A DNA stretch of 64,000 nt from assembly GCF_009914755.1 (NCBI RefSeq), contig NC_060929.1; one strand, given 5' to 3'. The DNA comes from the human T2T-CHM13v2.0 reference genome, Homo sapiens. Within the stretch, counting starts at the first letter, position 1. The number at the start of each line of letters is the position of its first letter. The position numbers were made by a program, and so were the translations under genes. Shown here piece by piece: positions 1-17,009 of the stretch. The notes under the pieces are model-generated. The model worked only from the letters and a program-made list of their open reading frames with translations. It made no database searches and was not told the DNA's origin.

Positions 1-225
1 GCCTGGCCAACACAGTGAAACCCAGCTCTACTAAAAATACAAAAAATTAGCCAGAAGTGGTGGCGGGTGCCTGTAATCCTAGCTACTAGGGAGGCTGAGG
101 CAAGAGAATCACTTGAACCTGGGAGGCGAAGGTTGCAGTAAGCCAAGATCGAGCCACTGCATACCAGCCTGGGTGACAGTGTGAGACTCTGTCTCAAAAA
201 AAAAGAAAAGAAAAAGAAAAGAAAA
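1..225 (+). mobile_element. Alu (partial, begins before window)
   Basis: Alu linker and right arm (ctactaaaaatac...gagactctgtctc) with A-rich tail. Confidence 0.95.
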
Positions 226-239
226 CTGAGATTTAAAAA

Positions 240-2738
240 AATTAAGGTTAATTAAGGTTATTATATCCATGTAACTTTCTGTATTTCTTTTAAAGTTCTT
301 GTGCTACTAATTTTCAGGGCTTTGACTCCTGAGTCTAAAAAGGTCACTAACTCCCGCTAAATTGAGAGCAATTGAAGCCTCATCTTCAGATCTAGGAGAA
401 GATGAAAATCAGAATAAGCTGCAGTCATGAGACATGGCGCCAGAAATTAAGACTATTCAAACCCTCTAGTCCCAGGGACTATTGAAGAAGAAGTGGGTGT
501 GTAAGCTTGTAAGGACCTATTTTAACAGATAAAATTAGTTCAGTTTCTGTATAATTTATAGATAATTTAATTTAAAGAGTTTTTTTTTTTTTTCCAGATA
601 AGGTCTAGATCTGTCACCCAGGCTGGAGTACAGTGGCATAGTCCTAGCTCACTGCAACCTCCACCTCCCAGGCTCAAGTGATCCTACCACCTCAGCCTCC
701 TAAGAAGCTGGGACTATAGATGTGCACCAACACGCATGGCTAATTTTTGTATTTTTTGTAGACACCGTGTTTCGCCATGTTGCCCAGGCTGGTCTCAAAC
801 TCCTGAGCTCAAGCAGTCTGCCTGCCTGGACCGCCCAAAGTGCTGAGTTTACAGGTGCGAGCCACCACAGCCAGCCTATAAAGTAAACGTGAATATCTAA
901 GGAACACTGATGCAAGACCAGCATGTGGGACCCCATGTAAGATTAACAATGTTTTCATGGATCATTAACCCATTCTTATTAAAAAAATTATGAAAGATTA
1001 TGAAAAGGTTTACAAAAGTTGTATCTTATGGTCAAGATGATTAAAATTTATTAGATTTGTCTATAATATCTGAGAAAGATTTGATTGGCTTCATGCTGTC
1101 TTTATTAGCTCTTATTGTTTGGGAAAGCAAGTCTCAAAGAGTGAAAGGTTTTGGCTTTTAGTTTTTGAAAACTTTGAGTTACTGCTTAACTAAATGAATG
1201 ACTTATTTTTTACAATGACCTGTTGTGGGAAGTCAGGGACCCCAAACGGAGGGACCGGCTGAAGCCATGAAAGAAGAACGTGGATTATGAAGATTTTATG
1301 GACATTTATTAGCTCCCCAAATTAATACTTTTGTAATTTCTTATGCCTGTCTTTACTGCAATCTCTAAACATAAATTGTAAAGATTTCATGGACACTTAT
1401 CACTTCCCCAATCAATACCCTTGTGATTTCCTATGCCTGTCTTTACTTTAATCTCTTAATCTTGTCAGTTGAGGAGGATGTATATCATCTCAGGACCCTG
1501 TAATAATTGCGTTAAGTACACAAATTGTACAGCATGTGTGTTTGAGCAATATGAAATGTGGGCACCCTAAAAAAAGAACAGGGTAACAGCAATTGTTCAG
1601 GGAATAAGAGAGATAACCTTAAACTCTGACCGCCGGTGAGCCGGGCAGAACAGAGCCATATTTCTCTTCTTTCAAAAGCAAATGGGAGAAATATCGCTGA
1701 ATTCCGTCCCTGAGAAAGAGAATGCGCACCTAGGGGTAGGTCTCTGAACTGGCCGCCCCGGGGCGTACCTGTCTCTTATGGTCGAGATTGCAGAGGTGAA
1801 ATAAACTCCAGTTTCCCATAGCGCTCCCAGGCTTATTAGGAAGAGGAAATTCCCGCCTAATAAACTTTGGTCAGACCAGTTGATCTCAAAACCCTGTCTC
1901 CTGATAAGATAATATCAGTGACAATGGTGCCAAAACTTCATTAGCAATTTTAATTTCGTTTCGGTCCTGTGGTCCTGTGATCTCGCCCTGCCTCCACTTG
2001 CCTTGTGATATTCTATTACCCTGTTAAGTACTTGATGTCTGTCACCCACACCTATTCGCACACTCCCTCCCCTTTTGAAAATCCCTAAAAAAACCTGCTG
2101 GTTTCGGTGGCTTGTGGGGCATCACAGATCCTACCAATGTGTGATGTCTCCCCCGGACGCCCAGCTTTAAAATTTCTCTCTTTTGTACTCTGTTCTTTTA
2201 TTTCTCAAGCCAGTCGACGCTTAGGAAAATAGAAAAGAACCTACGTGATTATCGGCGCAGGTCCCCCGATAACCTGTGATCCTGTTTTGTGATATCAAGT
2301 GTTTTAAGTCTTTGATGTTTGACAAACTTTCCAAAATCCAATTCTAAATTCAGTCATTTTCATCTCATTAGTTTTTTTGACATTGAGTCCCCTGAAATCC
2401 AAAGAGACATATTTGGCTTAGTTGGTATAATCACACAAGAAGTATTATCAAATATAAAATGATATGTAACCATCTTTGCATTGTATTTATGTAAATGTGT
2501 TATTAGTGTTTTAAAATTGTATGAGATTCTTCTGATTGTGATATGTCTTAGTATATGTTTTCAGAACTAATTATGATTATTATATTCAAATGTTATATAT
2601 CATAGATATAACCACATTTCTTTGTCAGTTGTGTCTTAAACCATGGCTATTGTAAGACTTTTGTCATCTACAATTATTGTTTTACTTAGATCCTTTCGTA
2701 GAGTGGTTTATAATCAGTTATAGAGCTCTGAGACTACC
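240..2738 (+). mobile_element. MER4-group ERV1 internal sequence fragments, interrupted by an Alu (580-876, -) and a MER11 LTR
   Basis: AT-rich ERV-internal-like sequence resembling MER4-group internals; subfamily not resolved. Confidence 0.55.
1221..2271 (+). mobile_element. MER11 solo LTR (HERV-K11/HML-8)
   Basis: Starts tgttgtgggaagtcagggaccccaaacggagggaccggctgaagcc, ends gcaggtcccccgata; internal ~80-bp duplication typical of MER11; acctgt at both junctions. Confidence 0.9.
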
Positions 2739-2739
2739 C

Positions 2740-4082
2740 TTTTTGTTGTTGTTGTTGTTGATGTTTGCTTTTTGAGACAGGGTCTCAATCTGTCACCTAT
2801 ACTGCAGTGTGGTGGCATAATCACTGCTCACTTCAGCCTTAATCTCCTAGACTCAAGCAATCCTCCCACCTAAGCCTACCAAGTAGCTGAGGCTACAGGC
2901 ACGCACCATACACTCAGAGAATTTTAAAAATTTTGTAGAGATAGAGTCTCCCTCTGCTGCCCAGGCTGATCTCAAACTCTTGGGCTCAAGCAATCCTCCC
3001 ACCTCAGCCTCCCAAAGTGCTGGGATTACAGGCATAAGCCACCACACCCAAGATTTTAATACATTTATCATGTCTTCATTAACAAATACCAAGTGTCTAT
3101 ATTGTACTACATAGTGAACAAGGTCCCAGAGATAAGTAATCAACAAGCAGACATGGACTTGGCCATAAAGTGTTTGACACCTTCATGGATTGTAAAAAAA
3201 AAAAAAAAAAAAAAAGCATGACAACAAATAAATAAATAAAACCGTGTTTATATGATAAATGTTATCAAGAAACTTAACGCAACTTAGTTGAAAAGGTAAC
3301 TAGGAGGATATTATATTAGCTACTATAGTAAGGATAGAATTGTCACAGATACTTCCACTTCGATATGAGTAATGCAATGAACAACACCAAAAAACAAACA
3401 AACCAACCTAGGCTGGGTGCAGTGGCTCGCACTTGTACTCCTAGCACTTTGGGAGGCCAAGGCAGGCGGATCACTTGAGGCAAGGAGTTCAAGACCATCC
3501 TGGCCAACATGGTGAAATGCCATCTCTACTAAAAATATAAGAAAATTTGCTGGGCGTGGTGGCCCACACCTGTAATCTCAAGTTACTCAGTAGGCTGAGG
3601 CGAGAGAATCATTTGAACCCGGGAGGCAGAGCTTGCAGTGAGCTGAGAACACACCACTGTACTCCAGCCTGGGCAACACAGCAAGACCCTGTCTCAAAAA
3701 AAAAAAAAAAAAGGTGGAGTTACCATCATGAGAGAATATAAAGTACAAAGATTCTAAGACTAGAAAACTTTATTATGGGCCGGGCATAGTGGCTCATGCC
3801 TGTAATCCCAGCACTATGGGAGGCTGAGGCAGGAGGATCACTTGAGGCCAAAAACTCAAAACTAGCCCAGGCAACATAGTAAAATACCATCTCTAGTAAA
3901 AAAAAAAAAAAAAAAAAAAATTAGCTGGATGTGTTGGTGTCTGCTTGTAGTCCCAGCCACACAGGAGGCTGAGGCAACATAATTGTTTGAGCCCAGGAGT
4001 TCAAGGCTGAAGTGAGCTGTGATGATACCACTGCATTCTAGCCTGAGCTACAGAGTGAAACCTTGCCTCCAAAATAAAAATA
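2740..4082. mobile_element. Three Alus (2740-3050 -, 3411-3712 +, 3777-4082 +)
   Basis: Alu arm consensus and poly(A)/poly(T) tails. Confidence 0.9.
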
Positions 4083-4530
4083 AACGTTTGTTACAGCCAT
4101 GGACAAAGAGAAAGCAATTAATGGCTTTCAGTGAACTAAATGGGAGGTATCTAGACTAAAAAAATCTTGTAGTCTTCTGCCCAAGATGGCCTGCTGGCCT
4201 CTAGGCAAAAATGATACATGATTAGATAAAGGTGGAAGTTTTGATTTAGTTTTGATTGAATTGTTAAACTACTGATGATACAGTGCCCACGTATATGATA
4301 TTGACTCCATAAATTATCAGGTTGGCCAAAGATGTAGCAAAGGCATTTGTAAGAAAGCTGTAACTGATAACGCTTGATGGTATATTTCTACATTTTCTTC
4401 CTAAGTTTATCAGATTAGTTGACCCCTATATCAGCTGAGTTCTTTATTCTCTAAGTTATGACACGCTAATTCTTGGAGGATGTAACATAATATAAATAAC
4501 ATGTAAAAGCAAAATACTATACGCAATCAT

Positions 4531-4608
4531 TTAACCCATTTCCCATTTGTCCTGAGAATACTTGCAAGTGGGGCTTGCAGCTGCAGCATTTACCCTCAGA
4601 TCACTTGC
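4531..4608 (+). mobile_element. MER75 (piggyBac-family DNA transposon) 5' terminal fragment
   Basis: TTAA followed by cccatttcccatttgtcctgagaatac...gcttgcagctgcagcatttaccc, matching the MER75 left end. Confidence 0.75.
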
Positions 4609-4769
4609 AGATTTCTTTTTTTTCAGATAATATTATAATTGCAGTATGTGTAAATCAACATTCCCTGAGAAAGTATCACCTGCCTTAACAGTTTTTGTCT
4701 GGGGAAGTTGAAAAGAAATAGTACATTCCTTTGCACATGTTGGAGGGAGAAGTATGTCTGCATAAGAGT

Positions 4770-4930
4770 CTGGACAGCAGGTCTCTGCCTGTGTGACATG
4801 GGTCTCCTTTGGGAATGGTCACTACTCTGTGTGTTATACCCATGCAGAGCACTGCCAACTCTCTACAATGAAAGGTTCCATCCACTGTTCACATCTGGAG
4901 AGACACATCCAGGCTACATACTCAAAGAAA
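4770..4930 (+). pseudogene. ANXA2R-like relic A (C-terminal fragment)
   Basis: Ungapped [23 protein letters not shown] vs ANXA2R VCDSGCLLERRHPPALQPWRHLP (10/23 identical); GACAGCAGG shared just upstream. Confidence 0.55.
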
Positions 4931-4939
4931 TGCTAAAGA

Positions 4940-5243
<304 letters not shown>

Positions 5244-6086
5244 CTAAAGCTAGTTTTCTGGGATCACCACTGGTACTTCTCGAGTAATACTGGCATGTAG
5301 GAGTTGCTCCTGCTCTCAGGATTCATTCTCCAGACACCTAGAGTCCATAAACCTTTCACCTAACAAGAGCTTTCAATCTTCTGCCTTCTGTATCTATTCT
5401 GTCATTCTCATTCTGTTTCATTTTTTTCACTTCCTGTTGTATAGTTGCATATTTTCCTTTTTTCTAGTAAAAAGAAGCATGGCTTTGAAGGGAAGCTTCA
5501 ATTCAGACCTTTTCTTTCTGGTCTTCAAATCAGCTCCTGGAATAAACAGAGTTAGCTGTGTTCTGAATGATCTCCTGACAGAGTCTTTATTCTCTCATTA
5601 GTAAGAGTTGTGAAAACTGCAGCCAACTCCTCATCTTTGTATTTGTGGCTCCCTTTATAGCCCCTGGAACACAGAAGGATATCAAAACATGCTTGCTAAA
5701 TGTTGGGATCAATCAGATTTTACCATAGTAAACAATAATGTTTAATTAGGTAATTCTATAATTGTATCCATTGATGCTTTCCAAATAGCATGTTTAACTC
5801 AGACAAATTCCAGTTTCACAGAGGATATGAGAAGGAAAAAAAATCCACAGCAAGAATACAACAAAGAAGGATTCATTTTACATTCGTTCTGATTAAGAAT
5901 ATCTTTCAGTTTATGATAAAATCAACGATAATATTGTTAAAAACTGACCTAATTACTTTCAACCAGATACTGTCCAAACATTAACTTTTTCCATCAAAAG
6001 TATCCCTGATAGTTACTTTGTAAAATGAAAGCACATTTGGCTTCCATTTCTGAGGTGGTTAAAATAAAGGCTACCGGGTTGGATAA

Positions 6087-6785
<699 letters not shown>

Positions 6786-7285
6786 AAAATCTTTTTAATA
6801 CAGCAATTCAGCAGAAGACAAAACTGGGAGAGTGAAAGACCACATTAACAATTGGGCAACTATGCTTACCCAGCTCCTCAGTAACACCCCATATCTGCTT
6901 TATACATTAACCCCAAGCTTTTCTCCTGGTAGAAAGGATTCTAGTCTCTGCTCTAGGACTAGCAATGTGATTTGGGGGCAATAATGAACTTTCTAAAGCC
7001 AGGCACCATAAAAACAGCTTTTCCTCCACAGACATGGTAGTACTTTTTCCTTTCATCTGCAAAACCAATCTGTCCTAATCTAGATAATTTCACCCCAGAC
7101 GGTAGGATTTTATGTTAGTATCATTAATTCTATCTCCTAAGGAAATTTGCTTCTAAGACTGAAGTTATCATCCAGTTTCTTGTTATCTGGTTAGAACCAC
7201 CCAAGAGAGCAGAAGAGTATAGAAACACAAATGCTGGAGATTTCTAAGTTCCAGATACTCTGTCACCAATTGTGAGATGGATGCC

Positions 7286-7440
7286 ATGAAGCAGCACTTT
7301 CCTCCTGGGGTGCAGCAGGGGCAGGACTTTCCTCTGGGGTGCATCAGGCCTGGGATTCAACAGACTAGGCACCAGGACTCCAGAGGCCACCAACCCTGAG
7401 CCCAGGGGATTGTGTGCCCTGTCAGCTCCATTGTATATTA
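7286..7440 (+). pseudogene. ANXA2R-like relic B (5' fragment with internal 30-bp duplication, frameshift and stop)
   Basis: gccATG then MKQHFPPGVQQ ~ MEQHFLGCVKR; after the duplication HQAWDSTD*APGLQRPPTLSPGDCVP ~ KRAWDSAEVAPEPQPPPIVSSEDRGP; TATAGAA at 7218. Confidence 0.8.
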
Positions 7441-7540
7441 TTGCACACATACAAACAAATTCTGCAATACTTTAAATTTAGCAATTCAGCAGTAGAAGAC
7501 AGTACTGGGAGAGTGAACGACCACATTAAGAACTGGGCAA

Positions 7541-7762
7541 TGACCAGCCTGGGCAACATGGTGAGACCCTATCTTTACAAAAACAACAGTAAAAAAAATG
7601 AGCCAGGTATGGTGGCACAAACTTGTATTTCTAGCTACTCTGGAGGCTGAAGGGGGAGGATCACTTGAGCCTGAGAGTTCGAGGCTGCCAAGGCCATGCC
7701 AGTGCATTCCCATCTGAGTGAAAGAGCAAGACCCTGTCTCAAAAAAAAAAAAAAAAAAAAAG
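7541..7762 (+). mobile_element. Partial Alu
   Basis: 5'-truncated Alu with poly(A). Confidence 0.9.
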
Positions 7763-7779
7763 AATTAGTCAAGTAATAG

Positions 7780-10318
<2,539 letters not shown>

Positions 10319-10685
10319 GTATTTTTATTTTAAAAATGGGCGACTACCCTGGCCTGCTCCTCAGTAACATTATGACCCATCAGGCATCTGACAAGCATTG
10401 CTCTGGGGTAGAAAAGGATCCAAGTCTGCTCCAGTACTAGTAATGCATTTGGGGGCAATAATGAATTTTCTAACCAGGGTCCCCCAAAACAGATTTCCCT
10501 GCACCAGATAGTATTTTTTCTTTTCAATCCCTAAAGCAAACTATTTAACTAGATAACTTCATCTCAGATGATAGGACTTTATGTAAATCTCATTAATTCC
10601 ATCTCTTGATGTAATTTGCTCCTAAGATTAAGGTTTCCACCCACCTCCCTGAAATCTGATTTGGACCCCCAGGAGGCCAGAAGAG

Positions 10686-11230
10686 TATAAAAACGCAAAA
10701 GATGTTGACTTCTGAGTCCCACATACCCGGCGTCAGCTGGTGAATGAAAGACACGAAGGAGCTGCTGTGGAGCTGCTGTCTCCCCTCGGAGTTTGGCAGG
10801 CCCGGGATTCCGCAAAGGAGTTGGCGGGGCCAGATGCCTCCAGCCCTGAGCTCAGTACATTCGGTGTCCTGGATGCTCCCTTCCTTTCCTTATCACTGCG
10901 AGCTCTCCTGGGACGGCCTAGATTTCCACTGGGACCTACTTTCGGCTCCCTGCGTGCTTCATTGCTGAAACTGCCGGCGAAAAGATCTCTTTCTCAAGCC
11001 TCAGAGCACCTTGAGGCGGGGCGCAGAGTCGCCCGCTCTGGATCCCGCGCCAGAGACCCAGGAGGATCCGCAGGAGCCCTCGGGAGAGCAGGAGGCTGCA
11101 TAGGGTCTCAACGTACTCCCGTCCCCGCAGCCTCCCTCGCAACTCGCCCCTCGCTCGGTAGGCAGACAACTCCAGCCGGACAGGTCCGTCCGAGGAGACC
11201 TTTCAGAGTGTCAGCCTACTGCTGACCTCG
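10686..11230 (+). promoter_or_regulatory. TATA box (TATAAAA 10686-10692) followed by a small CpG island
   Basis: Canonical TATA; dense CpG from ~10720 to 11230. Confidence 0.6.
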
Positions 11231-11360
11231 GAGCCACCAACCAAAGTTCCAAGACTGCTGGCTGCAGATTGCATGCTCTTGGGGCAGACGCCCTAAGAAT
11301 GTGTCCACCGAGTCCAATGTGTCTTTGGAGTCCTGAGCCCTGAGATTTCCGCTAAGACCT
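10767..11360 (+). pseudogene. ANXA2R-like relic C (near full length; ATG>GTG, frameshift, internal stops)
   Basis: VELLSPLGVWQARDSAKELA ~ MEQHFLGCVKRAWDSA-EVA; WMLPSFPYHCELSWDGLDFHWDLLSAPC ~ WPLPLYPVLGEYSLDSCDL--GLLSSPC; shared DNA GGGATTCCGCA, CAGAGCACCTTG, CAGACA, AGACTGC; AATAAA at 11473. Confidence 0.88.
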
Positions 11361-11844
11361 TCCATTGGACGATCTCTTGTAACAGATGTTGTTACAGTAA
11401 CACGTGAGTTCGCTCAAATGCGATGGAAGTTTTGCCTTTCGATCATTTTGTGCCTTTGTCTTTCCCCTTCTCAATAAAATCGTACACAAATGTGAAATTC
11501 TTGTTGCCTGTGTTCCTGTTGATGTTGGGTAAGGATGAGCCTCAGGGGCGGGGTGGCTGGTTGCTGGTGCCAGGACTATCACGGGGACCCTGAATCCCCT
11601 AGGTTTGCTGGTTGCAGGGCAAACAAAAAGTACAAGAAGTGTGTGTCTTATGCAGAGATTGGAGGGGAGAATAGGCCAGGGGTCGTGCATGGCTGGTGAC
11701 TCACAGGCTGAGCCTACAGGAAATCCGGTGAACAGGCAGCAGACCTGAGAACTTACTGCAGGAAATTCTCCTGTTCTGAGGCCCTGGAACTTTTTCCCTC
11801 TGAAGGTTTGCACCTTTCTATCTTGAGGCCTTGTTAAACTCATA

Positions 11845-12760
11845 ATTTCTGGAAGTTTTCTTCTAGACTCTTTAAGATTTTCTCCATAGGCTCATGTTCT
11901 GCATGTATGAATAGTTTCATTTTTTCACTTCCAATGTATATGCTTTCTTACTCCTTTTCTCACCTTATTGCACTGGCGAACAATTCCAGTACCTTGTTGA
12001 ATAGAAATGGTTGGAGCGACTATCTTGGCCTTGTTCCTGATTTCATGAGAAAAGCATTGAGTCTGTCACTATTACATACAATGTTGCTACAGGTTTTTGT
12101 CGACGTTCTTTGCACGGTTGATGAAAATCCCTCTATTCCCACGTTGCTGAGAGTTAGTTTTTAAATTTTAAATCACGAATGCATATAGATTTTCTTAAAT
12201 GCTTTTTGTGCATCATTTGACAGGATTATACAGTGTTTCTCATTGAGCCTACCAATAGGGTGAAATATACTGATTGACTTTTGAGTATTAAACCAGACTT
12301 ATATATGGAATAAACCTTACTTGGGCATGGTATTGTTCTTTAACATACATTTCTGATTTCTATTTGTTAGTATTTTGGTGAGGATTTCTGCATCTATGTT
12401 TAGGTGCAATCTTGGTCAGTAGTTTTCTCTTAGTGTCCTCGGTTTGCCAGGAAAATGCTGATCTCATAAAATAAGTTGGGAAGTATTCCATATTCTTTTA
12501 TTTTCTAGAATAAATTGTGTAGAATTTGTTATTTATTCTTTGAATATTAGGTAAAATTAGTCAGTGAAATGGTAAGAACCTCTAGGTTTTTTGTTTTTGT
12601 TTTTGTTTTTTTTTTTGGAAGATTTTTGACCATGAATTCAATATCTTTAATAATTGCAAAAATTTACAGATTATTTTTCATGAGTTGGGTAGACTGGATC
12701 TCGCAGGATTGATGCATTTTATCTAATTTGTTGAAATTATGAGTACAGAGTTGTTGTTAG
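11845..12760 (-). mobile_element. Old L1M ORF2 fragment
   Basis: Antisense L1 RT-region motifs (ccttattgcactggc...accttgttgaatagaaatggt...ccttgttcctga). Confidence 0.85.
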
Positions 12761-12784
12761 ACCATTTTTAAAAGTTACCATTGT

Positions 12785-15400
<2,616 letters not shown>

Positions 15401-15419
15401 TGAATAAGTAGTCTTTTCA

Positions 15420-15707
15420 ATTATTTATTTATTTTGAGACAGGCTCTCGCTCTGCTGGAGGGCGTTGGTGCTATCCGGCTCACCGCAGCCTCGACCTCCT
15501 GAGCTCAAGCAACCCGCCCACCCCAGCCTCCGGAGCAGCTGGGACTACAGGTGCACACCATCTCACAGGGCTAACTTTTGCATTTTTTGTAGACACAGGC
15601 CTCACCCTGTCGCCCAGGCTTTTCTCAAACTCCTGAGCTCAAGCAATCCGCATGCCTCCGCTGCTGAAAGTGCTGGGATTACTGCCGTGAGCCACGCTGC
15701 CCCGCCA
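15420..15707 (-). mobile_element. Diverged Alu (AluJ-like) that retains many CpGs
   Basis: Alu consensus; TSD gaataagta. Confidence 0.88.
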
Positions 15708-16249
15708 GAATAAGTAATATTAAGAACTGGTCATCTGTGAAGTTGTATTAATATAAGTAATTGCGTGGTCCTTCCACGAGAAATAGCAAAGATTGATAAA
15801 CCTCTCAGTCTTATGATCGTGAATAAAATTCCTGAGTGTAAAACAATGAATCGATATACTGAAAAAAAGAAAGACCGCTGTTAAAAATAAAATTAACAAT
15901 TAAAATTAAAAAGACGTTATAATAACGTAAAAGACATGATATAAAATTAAATGTAAACAAACAATACATTTAAAAAGCAATAATTAGAAAAATAGTAGGA
16001 ATAAGATTTTAAAATACAATGGAAAAAAACAAATTTTAAATTTGCCAAAAACTCTAAGAATTCTACAATCGTAAAATAGATTTCTCAAAGTGAAAACAGA
16101 TACGAATGAAATATTTAATGAAATAAATACAAATATTTAAAATACAAGGAAACTGAAAGTAATAAGCGACGCGAAACAAGAAAGAAACATAAGGGAAAAA
16201 GAGAATTTAAAAACTGACAACCAGCAATGAAAGCACATCTTAATGTATT

Positions 16250-16255
16250 TTTATT
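16250..16255 (-). terminator. Probable ANXA2R polyadenylation signal (AATAAA)
   Basis: TTTATT on + strand ~70 nt past the stop codon, with U-rich sequence downstream on the - strand. Confidence 0.65.
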
Positions 16256-16326
16256 TTCTAGGTGGAGACGTTTGGTAACTGAGAATCTTTTCAAGGAGGA
16301 GAATCCAAAAAGCCTTCTGCTGCTAT

Positions 16327-16908
16327 CTAAGGCTGCTTAGCTCCACAGATCCGTGAACAGCACGCCCAGAGTACAGAGAACGCGGCAAAACCAACGCGAA
16401 GAATCCACTCCAGGCAGTCTGAGAAACCCGGGAGGTGGCGCCACGGCTGGAGGGCAGGAGGATGGCGGCGTTCCAAAAGGCACCCGCTGTCACAGACCTC
16501 GGTGTCCTGCTGTCTGTCCCAGGGATGGAGAGGACTGCTCCAGGGAAGCTGCTGGAGCCTGAGTCTGTCGGGTTCCTCTGCCTGCCCCACCTCTTCTACG
16601 GGTGCCTCTTGCTGCTTCTGTGTCCCCGGCCAACTGAACTCAGTGGGCTTCGCTGTACTTGGTTCCAAGGTGCTCTGGACTCCAGGAGAGAGTCCGTTTT
16701 GCCAGTAGACTCCGGGCAGCCGCCAGCAAGGGCTGGAAAGCAGTCCCAAATCACAGCTGTCCAGTGAGTACTCTCCTAGTACTGGATACAAAGGAAGAGG
16801 CCACGGCCCACGATCTTCTGAACTCACAATAGGTGGAGGCTGGGGCTCTGGCGCCACCTCTGCGGAATCCCAAGCCCGCTTCACACAGCCAAGAAAATGT
16901 TGCTCCAT
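16327..16908 (-). CDS. ANXA2R: Annexin A2 receptor (C5orf39), 193 aa, single coding exon
   Basis: Intact ORF MEQHFLGCVKRAWDSAEVAPEP...WACCSRICGAKQP recognised as human ANXA2R; strong Kozak (gggATGG); hydrophobic C-terminal segment. Confidence 0.93.
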   Translation of the reverse strand: MEQHFLGCVKRAWDSAEVAPEPQPPPIVSSEDRGPWPLPLYPVLGEYSLDSCDLGLLSSPCWRLPGVYWQNGLSPGVQSTLEPSTAKPTEFSWPGTQKQQEAPVEEVGQAEEPDRLRLQQLPWSSPLHPWDRQQDTEVCDSGCLLERRHPPALQPWRHLPGFSDCLEWILRVGFAAFSVLWACCSRICGAKQP

Positions 16909-16977
16909 CCCTCAAGCCTCAGACCAACGTTTGCGCTGATCAAGGAGGGAGAGTCTCTGCACTACCATCAGCCTGAG

Positions 16978-17009
16978 TATTTATGCTCTGCAGAGCCCGT
17001 GGGCGGAGG
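16978..17009 (-). promoter_or_regulatory. Candidate ANXA2R proximal promoter (CATAAATA TATA-like element and GC box)
   Basis: Minus-strand CATAAATA 70-77 nt upstream of ATG; GGGCGGAGG at 17001-17009; same spacing seen in paralogous relics. Confidence 0.45.

Noticed and set aside
16327-16908. ANXA2R as a de novo ORF born from the antisense strand of the CpG repeat
   Set aside because: Paralogous relics lie outside the repeat domains and share promoter spacing, which points to an older gene family instead
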